A DNA stretch of 64,000 nucleotides, from positions 6,845 to 70,844 of the forward strand of contig CAVQOW010000016.1 of NCBI GenBank assembly GCA_963714605.1, in the 5' to 3' direction. The stretch is from an uncultured Verrucomicrobiae bacterium (lineage in GTDB: Bacteria > Verrucomicrobiota > Verrucomicrobiia > Limisphaerales > CAVQOW01). Under the pieces are notes generated by a model. That model saw only the letters and a program-made list of their open reading frames with translations, was not told the origin of the DNA and made no database searches. Below, piece by piece: positions 10,382 through 20,000 of the stretch (positions are counted from its first letter, which is position 1; every line of letters begins with the position of its first letter). Made by a program: the position numbers and the translations under genes.

Positions 10382-11650
10382 ATGCGGCGGATCCAGCCGA
10401 CACTTTTAGTGGGCAACTTTTACGCGCCACCCGCGCATTCGTCGTGCGCCGCGGCAAAGGCACGACTGTGATTGCGGGTTATCCGTGGTTTCTCGACTGG
10501 GGCCGCGATTCGTTGATCTGCGCCCGTGGTCTTTTGGCGGCGGGCCTGGTGGACGACGTGAAGCAACTGCTTTTAACTTTCGCCGGATTTGAAAAAAACG
10601 GAACGCTTCCCAATTCAATTCATGGTGACGACACATCGAATCGCGACACCTCCGATGCGCCGTTGTGGTTTGCGCTCGCCTGCGAAGAACTTGGCTGCGC
10701 GATGCCGGATTTTTACTCTGCGAAAGGTGGTTCGTCGGATCGCACAATCCACGACGTGCTGTCGAGCATCGCTGAAAATTATGCCAAAGGTACATCCAAC
10801 GGAATTCGCATGGATGCGGACTCTGCGTTGATTTGGAGTCCGAGTCACTTCACGTGGATGGACACGAATCATCCCGCTGGCACGCCGCGCGAAGGTTATC
10901 CGATTGAAATCCAAGCGCTGTGGATTCGTCTGCTCCGGCAACTGGAGCGCATCGGTGGTCGCGTCGGAAGCAAACGCTGGGATGATCTGACTGACCGTGC
11001 GATGGCATCATTGGAAAAGTTCTTCTGGTTGGAACAGCGCGGCTACTACGCGGATTTGCTCATCGCAAAACCCAGTCAACGCGCAGTCGAGGCGAAAGCC
11101 GACGATGCGCTGCGCAGCAATTATCTGCTGGCCGTTAGTCTTGGACTCGTTGCAGGGGAGCGGGCAAAACAATGCGTCGAAGCTGCGCTTCGTTATCTGA
11201 TTGTGCCAGGCGCGGTGCGTTCTCTCGCGCCGCTGCCGGTGTCTGTGCCATTGCCAATTTTCGGTGCCGACGGTCGTATGCTGAACAATCCTGCCGAGCC
11301 TTACTTTGGCCGATACGAGGGCGACGAAGACACGCGCCGCAAGCCCGCCTATCATAACGGCACGGCATGGACTTGGACCCTGCCAAATTTTTGCGAGGCG
11401 CTTGTGCGTGCATGGGACTTCGCGCCGGAAGCGGTTGCCGCGGCCCGCGCGTATCTTGGCAGCGTGGAGCGGTTGATGAGCGAGGGCTGCCTGGGTCAGA
11501 TTCCCGAAATCGTGGACGGCGATACGCCGCACACGCAACGCGGCTGTGACGCGCAAGCCTGGGGCGTGACTGAAACGTTGCGCGTTTGGAGATTGCTGAA
11601 TCAAGCGCAAGAAGAGAGACGGTCGCGCTCCGAACAAGATTAAAATCCAC

Positions 11651-12388
11651 TTGCCTGCCCCATCAACAGCATCGCAACTCATTGCCGCTGCGGAGCAACT
11701 CCGCGACGCCGTGACGCGCCTGCAATTCAAAGCGCCTGTGGCGTTTGTCTATAATCCGCTCGATTACGCTTGGGCAGCGCATGAAGCCTACCTGCGCAAA
11801 TTCGGCAACACTCGCAAGCGCGACGTGTTTCTGGGAATGAATCCCGGCCCGTTTGGAATGGCGCAGACGGGTGTTCCTTTCGGTGAAATCAACGCCGTGC
11901 GCGATTGGATGAAAATCGAGGCGGCGATACGCAAACCCGAACGCGAGCACCCGAAACGACGGGTCGAGGGATTCGAGTGCCCACGTTCCGAAGTGAGTGG
12001 AAGGCGGCTTTGGGGATTGTTTTCCGAGCGATTCGGATCGGCGGAGAATTTTTTTACGGAGCATTTCGTGGCAAACTATTGCCCGCTGGTATTCTTTGAC
12101 CAAGCCGGGCGAAATTTGACTCCGGATAAACTTCCGTCAGCGCAGGTCGCAGCACTCCACGATGTGTGCGATCAGCATTTGCGCCGCGTGGTTGAAATTT
12201 TCCAGCCTGAATGGATCATTGGCATCGGTGATTTTGCCACACGCCGGGCGTCACTCGTTTTTCCCGACACACCACCGCGAGTGGGCCGCATTCTCCACCC
12301 CAGCCCCGCCAGCCCGGCAGCGAACCAGGATTGGTCAGGAAAAGTTTTTCGCCAGCTTCAATCGCTGGGTATCTGGAAGGATTTATAA
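11651..12388 (+). CDS. SMUG1-type (family 3) uracil-DNA glycosylase
   Basis: 245-aa ORF with a TTG start. Motifs GMNPGPFGMAQTGVPFG and HPSPASPAAN match the SMUG1 signature as I remember it. Confidence 0.8.
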   Translation: MPAPSTASQLIAAAEQLRDAVTRLQFKAPVAFVYNPLDYAWAAHEAYLRKFGNTRKRDVFLGMNPGPFGMAQTGVPFGEINAVRDWMKIEAAIRKPEREHPKRRVEGFECPRSEVSGRRLWGLFSERFGSAENFFTEHFVANYCPLVFFDQAGRNLTPDKLPSAQVAALHDVCDQHLRRVVEIFQPEWIIGIGDFATRRASLVFPDTPPRVGRILHPSPASPAANQDWSGKVFRQLQSLGIWKDL

Positions 12389-12408
12389 GTCGCGAAGCAA
12401 CAGTTGCA

Positions 12409-12621
12409 TTAACCCTCGATTTGGTCGGAACCACAAATAATGCGGATTTCCACATCAAATTCTACCACGAGGCGAACAGGATTGTCGGTCAAGGCGGCAA
12501 GCGTTGACTGGATGACGTCCGGATGAGCGTTGCCGACAACCGTTTTGCCGTTGCCCGTGCCCCACAACTGTGGTTTTCTGATTGTTACCGACACAATGCC
12601 ACCACGATTTTTCTCTCGCAT
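12409..12621 (-). CDS. hypothetical small protein (70 aa)
   Basis: An ORF with non-biased composition, convergent with the UDG gene. No family recognised. Confidence 0.3.
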   Translation of the reverse strand: MREKNRGGIVSVTIRKPQLWGTGNGKTVVGNAHPDVIQSTLAALTDNPVRLVVEFDVEIRIICGSDQIEG

Positions 12622-12745
12622 ATTTCAACTCCATAGTGGGTTGCATAAGCGTATCGTTTCGGGCCTGGAAAACTGACAAGCCATCCCCGCTCGTGCTCTT
12701 GCTTTCCCGTTGAACCTGTTATCAGCGATTTGTATCGTGCGGCCA

Positions 12746-14820
12746 ATGTCGCCTCCGGGAACAAAAAATTCTCCGCTCGCTGCGCCAGTCGCTTCGCTTT
12801 GGGGCGTCGGGGCGGAGCGCGCCGCACAACTCGCCAAGCTCGGCATCGCCACCGTTGAGGATTTGTTGCTGCACCGCCCGCGGCGTTACGAAGATCGCCG
12901 GCATTTCCGCTCCATCGTGGAGTTGACTGGCGACGAACCGGCCACGGTGCGTGGCACCGTCGTCGCTTGCGGCTTGAAACGTTTCGCAAAGGCGCCAAGT
13001 CCATGTTTGAAATCATTCTCGACGATGGCACCGCACGGCTGCATTGCCGCTGGTGGAATCTGCCGTTCATGGAGAAATATTTTGCCGTCGGTGACGAGGT
13101 TTTCGTTTTCGGCAAACCCGCTTCGGTCAAGGCGCGCACCATAGACCATCCCGAAACCGAAGTCATCGAAGGCGGCGAGGAAAGCTTGGTTCACATCAAC
13201 CGCATCGTGCCGGTGTATCCTTTGACGGAAGGCCTGCCGCAGCGCTGGCTGCGCGGGCTGATCTGGCGCACACTCGAAAGGTTCGAGCGGCAAATCGTCG
13301 AGCCAGAATTCCAGTGCCAGGCGTCAGGTGTCAAGTGTCAAGGCCGACCAGCACAGGAGAAAGCAACACATAACACATGGCACGTGACACGTGACACTTT
13401 GCTCCCCACCCGCGCCAATGCCGTTCGCATGATTCATTTCCCGGAGGAGATGGGCGACGTGGAAATCGCGCGGCGGCGGCTGGCCCTCGACGAATTTGTC
13501 GCGCTGCAAATTGAAATCCAGATCCGCCGGAAAAATTTCGAAGCCAAGTCACGCGCGTTGCCGTGTGGCGGCGACAATCGGCTCATCAAACCGTTTCTCG
13601 CGCAGCTCGGCTTCAAACTCACCGAAGCGCAGACCAAGGTGCTTCGCGAAATCCGCAAGGACATGACCGGCGCGCATCCGATGCGGCGTTTGCTGCAAGG
13701 CGACGTTGGGTCGGGCAAAACCGTTGTGGCTGCGAGCACTGCTCTAATGGCGCTGGAAAGCGGTTTCAACGTCGCGCTCATGGCCCCGACGGAAATTCTG
13801 GCAGGGCAGCACTATGCGAATTTCCGGCGTTGGTTCGAGCCGTTGGGAATCAAAGTCGAGTTGCAAACGGGAAGTCGCAAAACAGCCATTCACTCGGCAA
13901 TCGGCAATCGGCAATCGGCAATTCTCACAGTCGGCACTCACGCCCTGATCGGATCTGGGTTCGCGATTGAAAATCTCGGCTTGGTCATCATTGATGAGCA
14001 GCACAAATTCGGCGTTGCGCAACGTGAACAACTTGTGCGCAAAGGGCGTTATCCGCATTTGCTCGTGATGACCGCCACGCCGATTCCGCGCACCTTGGGG
14101 CTGACGCTTTACGGCGACCTCGACGTGTCGGTGATTGAGGAATTGCCGCCCGGTCGCGGCCACATCAAGACGTTCGTCCGCGCTGCCGATAAATTGCCGA
14201 AGGTGTGGGAATTTATCCGGCAAAAACTCGCCGAGGGCCGGCAGGCTTACGTCGTTTATCCGCGAGTCGAAGAGGAGGATGGCGCTGTCGGATTAAAAGC
14301 GGTGGTAAAGGAATTTGAAAATGTCCAGCGTGCGCTCGCTCCGTTTCGAATCGGGCTATTGCACGGTCGGTTGAAGAGTTCGGAAAAGGAGCAAGTCATG
14401 TCCGCTTTCCGCGCGAACGCAGTGCAGGCGATCGTGGCCACGGCATTGATCGAAGTGGGCTTGGACGTATCGAACGCCACGGTCATGCTCGTGGAAAATG
14501 CCGAGCGGTTCGGGCTCGCGCAGTTGCATCAGTTGCGAGGTCGTATCGGTCGTGGTGCGCACGAGTCGTATTGCATTTTGATTTCCAGCGCGAAGACCGC
14601 CGAATCACGTGAACGGCTGAACATGCTGGAAGAAACGACGGACGGCTTCCGCATCGCCGAGGCCGACCTGAAGTTGCGCGGGCCGGGTGAGCTGCTTGGC
14701 CAGCAGCAAAGCGGTTTGCCGAAATTCCGTTTTGGCAATCTGATGGAAGACCTGGATTTGATCCGGCAGGCGCGCGAAATGGTTGCGCAATCCCCACTTG
14801 TGGAAACACGGAAGTTTTAA
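12746..14820 (+). CDS. recG: ATP-dependent DNA helicase RecG (one frame break near 12975-12990)
   Basis: The N-terminus lies in ORF 12710-13144 (LWGVGAERAAQLAKLGIATVEDLLLHRPRRYEDRR...TVRGTVV). The rest lies in ORF 12967-14820 with helicase motifs GDVGSGKT, DEQHKFGV, TATPIPRT and QLHQLRGRIGRG. Confidence 0.9.
13311..13399. repeat. inverted pair of 7-bp tandem arrays (5 x CARGYGY, 19-bp spacer, 5 x RRCACRT) inside recG
   Basis: The sequence reads CCAGTGC CAGGCGT CAGGTGT CAAGTGT CAAGGCC ... AACACAT AACACAT GGCACGT GACACGT GACACTT. GTGTCAAGTGTCA (13328-13340) is complementary to TGACACGTGACAC (13385-13397) at 12 of 13 positions. Confidence 0.85.
13894..13921. repeat. perfect (TCGGCAA)x4 heptanucleotide microsatellite inside recG
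   Basis: Read directly from the sequence. It is translated as SAIGNRQSAI. Confidence 0.95.
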
Positions 14821-14874
14821 GAGCCGGTTTGAGGTAGAACTTGGATTTTCGGGAAATCCGCTTAAATTCATTGC

Positions 14875-15264
14875 ATGAAAACTTTCAGCTTCCTTTTGCT
14901 CTCGCTCGCGGTCGGATTACTTCTGGCCGGGTGCGGAAGCAGTGATTCGAGCAAGTCAGCCCAAACAACCAACACGACTACTACAGCGACCAATACACCC
15001 CCCGACTACGGCAGTGGGAACCCAATTACGGCGCCAGTGGATTATCTTGGCGCGGTGGGGCAGGCAAAAAAATTCTCGGAGAAACAGATTGACCTTGCGT
15101 ACCTCAATCAGGCCATCCAGCAGTTCAAAGCGGAGGAGGACCGTTATCCAAAAGACCTCAACGAACTCATTCCAAATTACATCGGCAACGTCCCGAAAGC
15201 ACCCTACGGCTTCAAAATTATCTACGATCCGAACACAGGCGTGGTGAAAGTTGTGAAACAATAA
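14875..15264 (+). CDS. small lipoprotein with a pseudopilin-like C-terminal motif (paralogue 1)
   Basis: Lipobox LLLAGCGSS. The C-terminus reads RYPKDLNELIPNYIGNVPKAPYGFKIIYDPNTGVVKVVKQ. It is about 50% identical to the ORF at 15442-15828. Confidence 0.6.
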   Translation: MKTFSFLLLSLAVGLLLAGCGSSDSSKSAQTTNTTTTATNTPPDYGSGNPITAPVDYLGAVGQAKKFSEKQIDLAYLNQAIQQFKAEEDRYPKDLNELIPNYIGNVPKAPYGFKIIYDPNTGVVKVVKQ

Positions 15265-15441
15265 TCGCTTTTGGGGGAGATCCCAGACGATTCTTTGTCA
15301 TCTGGATTTCGCAATCTTGTAAACGACTTGGATTTGACCCGGCAGGCGTGAGAATTGGTAGTGATGATATGGGCGTGAATCTCGCGAGCACAGTTCACAG
15401 CTTTAACTTGGATTTCGCGCCGGTAGGGGTAGATTGGCGCC

Positions 15442-15828
15442 ATGAAAGCTTCTGAAATTTCATTGCTGAGTTCAGTCCTGTTCAGTTTGTTCCTCATCGG
15501 TTGCAGCGAGAAATCAACCCAGCCCGACACAAAACCGAGCCAGCCCGCACAGCCGACCAATGCGAATCCCACCAGCGGTAGCGTGCTGACCGCGCCAGTG
15601 GACTATCTCATTGGTCTCGCCAAGGCGCAGCAATCTGCCGTTAAATCCGTGGATGTCACATCAATCAACAAGGCCATTCAGATGTTCAACGTTCAGGAGG
15701 GGCGTTATCCCAATGACCTGAACGAGCTTGTGGAAAAACATTACATGCCTTATATCCCATCTGTCCCTTACGGGACAAAGCTGGATTACGATCCCAACAC
15801 AGGCAGCGTCAAAGTCGTGAAGGAGTAG
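15442..15828 (+). CDS. small lipoprotein (paralogue 2)
   Basis: Lipobox LFLIGCSE. The C-terminus reads RYPNDLNELVEKHYMPYIPSVPYGTKLDYDPNTGSVKVVKE. Confidence 0.6.
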   Translation: MKASEISLLSSVLFSLFLIGCSEKSTQPDTKPSQPAQPTNANPTSGSVLTAPVDYLIGLAKAQQSAVKSVDVTSINKAIQMFNVQEGRYPNDLNELVEKHYMPYIPSVPYGTKLDYDPNTGSVKVVKE

Positions 15829-15870
15829 GCCGTTTTTGCAGAGTCGAAAATCGACGAAGCCAAGGCGCTG

Positions 15871-16140
15871 ATGCCGCATCTGCTTTACGTCAACCAACGG
15901 ACAGGTTATTATGTCTCGGTTATGATTGTTCCACTCTCGAAAGTCCAACTCCGTCAGGATGAAGACGGCGTGTGGATTGCCAAATCGCCGCTTTTGCCCG
16001 GCTGTCACGCGCACGGGCACGACCGGGGCGAAGCCATGCTTCGTTTTCAACAGGCTGCCAAGGCGCATCTGGAAGCCTTGCTGGAAACCGGACGCCCCAT
16101 TCCGTCCGCGTTCCGCGACAAATTTGTTCTCGCCGCCTGA
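15871..16140 (+). CDS. hicB: HicB-family antitoxin
   Basis: DEDGVWIAKSPLLPGCHAHGHDRGEAMLRFQQAAKAHLEALLETGRPIPS fits the HicB/UPF0150 fold motif. The likely real start is ATG 15922. The gene lies 3 bp upstream of hicA. Confidence 0.7.
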   Translation: MPHLLYVNQRTGYYVSVMIVPLSKVQLRQDEDGVWIAKSPLLPGCHAHGHDRGEAMLRFQQAAKAHLEALLETGRPIPSAFRDKFVLAA

Positions 16141-16143
16141 CCT

Positions 16144-16392
16144 GTGGGCAAATATCCCTCTTGGAACTGCCGCCAGCTTGACCGCCGCCTGCGCGAAATC
16201 GGTTGTGAACTCATTCGCACCGCTGGCAGCCACCGGCATTACTCAAATCCATTTCATCCCGACTGCCTCATTACTTTCGCGTGGCACACCGGCGACGTTC
16301 CATGCGGAATCATCGCCGACATCATCGAAGACCTCGGCATTTCGCGAGACGACTTCTATAGCGAATCACAACAACTTTGGCGCAGAGAGTAA
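16144..16392 (+). CDS. hicA: HicA-family mRNA interferase toxin with its 3' end replaced by a MITE-like insertion
   Basis: CRQLDRRLREIGCELIRTAGSHRHYSNP...HTGDVPCGIIADIIEDLGI is HicA-like. The last 12 codons (YSESQQLWRRE*) are encoded by the inserted element. The native end DDFKTF* is still readable after the element. Confidence 0.75.
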   Translation: MGKYPSWNCRQLDRRLREIGCELIRTAGSHRHYSNPFHPDCLITFAWHTGDVPCGIIADIIEDLGISRDDFYSESQQLWRRE

Positions 16393-16508
16393 CTGGTAGG
16401 GCCGAGCTGCCGCTCGGCCTTCCCGAGGCGGCGCAGCAGCGCCGCCCTACCACGTTGCACTTGGTTCGATGAATCCTTCTTGTGCCAATGTTACGATGAT
16501 TCGCTATA
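16357..16508. mobile_element. 152-bp MITE-like element, copy 1
   Basis: Perfect 11-bp terminal inverted repeats (TATAGCGAATC...GATTCGCTATA), flanked by a 4-bp direct duplication CTTC (16353-16356 and 16509-12). There is an internal Y-shaped hairpin at 16395-16451. Confidence 0.65.
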
Positions 16509-16569
16509 CTTCAAAACATTTTGACTCGCGCGAGCAAGCTCAAACCGCCCACGCCGCCGATCCGTAAGC

Positions 16570-16721
16570 TATAGCGAATCACAACAACTTTGGCGCAGAG
16601 AGTAACTGGTAGGGCCGAGCTGCCGCTCGGCCTTCCCGAGGCGGCGCAGCAGCGCCGCCCTACCACGTTGCACTTGGTTCGATGAATCCTTCTTGTGCCA
16701 ATGTTACGATGATTCGCTATA
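16570..16721. mobile_element. 152-bp MITE-like element, copy 2 (identical to copy 1 by eye)
   Basis: Same sequence, 213 bp downstream in the same orientation. No flanking duplication (AAGC versus ATTT). It interrupts a yafQ-like reading frame. Confidence 0.65.
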
Positions 16722-16882
16722 ATTTGCATCGGCAATACAAGGATCATCCATTGCGTGGAAACTTTGCCGGTAGCCACGATTGCCACATTGAGCCGGATTG
16801 GGTTTTGATTTACACGCTGGCAGAAAATAATTCACACGTCCGTTTTGAACGCGCTGGCACGCACAATGACTTGTTTCGTTAA
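16682..16882 (+). pseudogene. YafQ/RelE-family toxin remnant (5'-truncated and split by MITE copy 2, no antitoxin partner)
   Basis: ...YKDHPLRGNFAGSHDCHIEPDWVLIYTLAENNSHVRFERAGTHNDLF matches the YafQ C-terminal two thirds. The first 13 codons of the ORF come from the element. The 61-bp spacer 16509-16569 continues the frame (LQNILTRASKLKPPTPPIRK). Confidence 0.6.
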
Positions 16883-17003
16883 AACGCTCTCGCCCCTTAA
16901 CTTGTCCAACATCCATCCGATTATATCGCCGCACGTCGGCCAATGCCATGACCTTGCAGGCGACCGGTTTTAACCAAGCCGCCTGCAAATCCCATCTTCC
17001 CGC

Positions 17004-20000
17004 CTATGGCACACTAATCAGGTAGAACTTCTGCGGCGTGCCTTTGCTGAAGGGGTTGGTGACGTTGAATGCACCAGAACCATTGAACGTGCCCGACAAC
17101 TCCAACACCCAGTTGGTCAGCGGCAGCGCCACGTTGGTGGAACTCAATACGGAGTAACCGTTGCTCGGCTTGCCGTTGTAGGTGCCGCTGAACACAAGAT
17201 TTGTGCCGTTCTGAATGCCGATGGAGTTTATCACTGGCTGCGGCACAACGGCGATGCGCAACGTGCCGTTGTGGGTCAGCATGCTGGTGTCCCATTGCAA
17301 ACCCGTGCCCGGCACCGCCGGTATAATGCTCGCGAACGAGCCTGAGTAACTCGTAGCACTGAAGAGCTGGAAGGAATCGCCCCCCGCCAACGTGCCGGAT
17401 AGATTGGTTACAACCAGCGTGCCTCCATACGTGACGCTTGTCAGACCGGTCACCAGATCGCTTGTGCTGGCGGTCTTGTTGACTTCCACATAATTGGTGC
17501 TGCCCGCCTGGAACGTGAGCGTGTTGCTGATGGTGAGTGTGCCGATGCCCGAAAAACCCGGTGCCAAAGTGCTATCGCTTTGCACGATCACAGCTCCGAG
17601 GATCGTACCCGTACCGCCCAGTGTGCCACCCGCCACAGCCACTGGACTATTGATCCCGCCGTTGATAAATAGCGTGCCACCGCCGACGGTCGTCGGGCCA
17701 GTGTAGGTGTTCTGCGCATTCAAGATGGTGTTGCCACCCGAAGCCTGACGCTCAATTGAACCCGGACCGTAGATCACACCATTGAATGTCTGATTGCCGT
17801 TTGTGTTGTAACCGGCCAGGAAAAAGCTTGTGGCGAGTCCTGGGTAGAGGGCTATGGGTTGGCCGAAAGTGATGTTGGTGTGCATGAGCTGGATTGTGGG
17901 AACTCCGTATGAGTCGGTAAAAACGTTGGTGAAGGTCAAAGTACCGCCAGTACCGATGAGGGGCCGTACAAAACCAAAGCACTGGACCCGCTGTTTCCCA
18001 CCCCGATAACGCTGCTGGATAACAGATTGATCGGGTTGTTGAGCGTTGTCGGATTCGGCATAGTGTTAAGCCGGCCACCGGCCAGGTTTATCGTCCCCAC
18101 GCCAAGGGCACTGTTGTTATAGATGGCGATGGTGCCATTGCTGATGGTCGTGCCACCCGCGTAGTTGTTCGCGTTACTGATCAACAACATACCAGTGTTG
18201 ATTTTGAAAAGGGCTGAGTTTGAGCCGGAAATGCTGCCGGGGCCGCTGAAAGAATAAACATCAAAGTCATTATCTACAGTGACCCTTGTCGGAGTCAAAT
18301 TGGGGCTCGCCAGAATTATCGGAGATACGGGGAACGCGTATTCGTTAAAGATGACGTTCCTACCGTAGTTAAAGACCGAGTCCGGGAAAGCGGTGGGGAG
18401 GGTGCTCCAGTCCAGTGTGGCGGCCACATCCCACACGTTCGTGTCACCAGGTAAGTTTCCATACCAATAGAGGTTCGTCTGGTTCGTCAACGTCAGCGCA
18501 ACCATGTCGGAGGGTACAGGCGAACCGCAGGAGCCGCTGATCACACAGTCGTAACCAACGTCTGCAGTAGCGGCATCGTCAGTAGTCGCCGGATAGATTA
18601 TCAGGTTGGAAGTGGTAACGCCAAAGTAGTGGCCGACATTGTTGGTCAGAAGCACTCCATTCTTTCGCCACTGGAAAGCCAGGCCATTGCCGCTGGCGAC
18701 GACGTAGATTACGGCCTGGCCATTGGTGACGACGAGGGTATCTATGGGTTGGGTAATGATGTTGGGGTTGGTCTTTACTGTAACGCTGCCGTTCATCCAG
18801 CCAACACAGGTCGTGGTAATGTTGCTCGCCAAAACCGTGTAAACTCCACTGATAGTCTGGGTGCCGAAATCAACCCCAGACTCGTCGGCGTTTCCGGGAA
18901 CAGTCATCCCAGCGTACACTCCGTTTCGTGCGAGCCAATAAACCGCACCCGGATCAGAACCGTCCAAGCCGACATCAACGGGTGCACAGATTGGGCTGCC
19001 TTCGCTCAAATTAGTCACATTAAACACCGCGCCCGAGCAGCTTGGTGGCCAGCCTGGTGGCGGCAACGGCGTCACACCCGCCCAGTTAGTGGCCACTCGA
19101 AGTTCGTCCATGGAGAACGCGAGGGTATCGTCTTCATAGTACCAACTAGAAGGATACACATAAGCGAAGCTTTGTATAATCGGCATGTTAGCGCCGTCTG
19201 TAGTTGAGATCGTAGGGGCGGGGATGACGCTGTCATTACCGAGGGAGGTTGGATTCAGCCAAAGGGCGAACTCATCAACTCCAGTGTCAGGGTTAAACTT
19301 GTAGCGCAGCACGACCAGATACGTGCTGTTGGTGATTAAAGGGGCAGTATAGGGAGGACCGCCTGCTGAGAAGCTGCTGCTGTTCTTCGAAATGGTTAGC
19401 CGTCTCAAAGAATCAATGTACACTCCGCTAAAGGGCGTGCAGTTTGTGCCGCTACTAGCACCGCTCAAGGCAACGAATACCACGTTGGCCATAGGGTTGG
19501 TTTTAACGTTCAAAAGGAAAGAGGCATAGACGGTGCCGTTCGTTACCGGGGTGAAAGGCGCACCGCGGGCGTCCAGTGCGTAGTCGCTGTGGCTGCGGAG
19601 ACCTTTCTGCGGCGAGTTCGTATCCGGCGCCAAGCCGAAATAGCCAAGTGCGGCATTGGTCGTGATTTTAGCCCCTAAACTGGTAGCGTTATCGCCATAA
19701 CTCCAAACGTTGCCGCTGCTGCCCGCCTGACCGAGAACCTCGTTTTGGCCCCATTCCGAGAAAGGCTCGTAAAATGGAAGGCAATTTTGGACGCTTAGCA
19801 TGGCAACGCTACTGGTCACACTGCCCCACGTATTGGTAATGATGACGGTATAATTGCCCGCGTCGTTGAAAGTGGTGCTGCTCAAGAGAAGGTTGGTCGT
19901 GGCCGAACCGAAGATGTTGCCTACGTCAGTCAGATTCGAACCGTTTTTCTGCCATTGGTAGTATAAAGGCAGCGTGCCGCAGACCGAAACACTAAACGAA

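Larger units (their letters stand above)
7236..11643 (+). pseudogene. GH13 alpha-amylase-family module fused to a glycogen debranching (amylo-alpha-1,6-glucosidase) module, about 1469 aa, 4 frame breaks
   Basis: ORFs 7236-7484, 7294-7914, 7484-8293, 8217-10064 and 9601-11643 tile one polypeptide. GH13 motifs: LDIVINHTGW, GVDGFRCDAGY, FLLEGLGG, YSETHDN. These are followed by a debranching N-domain (LLTNGIGGMARI...SKYDCVLGANL) and the catalytic (alpha/alpha)6 part (GYPWFLDWGRDSLI...YHNGTAWTW). Confidence 0.8.

Noticed and set aside
16954-16988. 9-bp stem hairpin (TTGCAGGCG...CGCCTGCAA) between the yafQ remnant and the adhesin gene as a terminator
   Set aside because: It has a 17-nt loop and no T-run on either strand. 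It may be structural, but the evidence for termination is weak.
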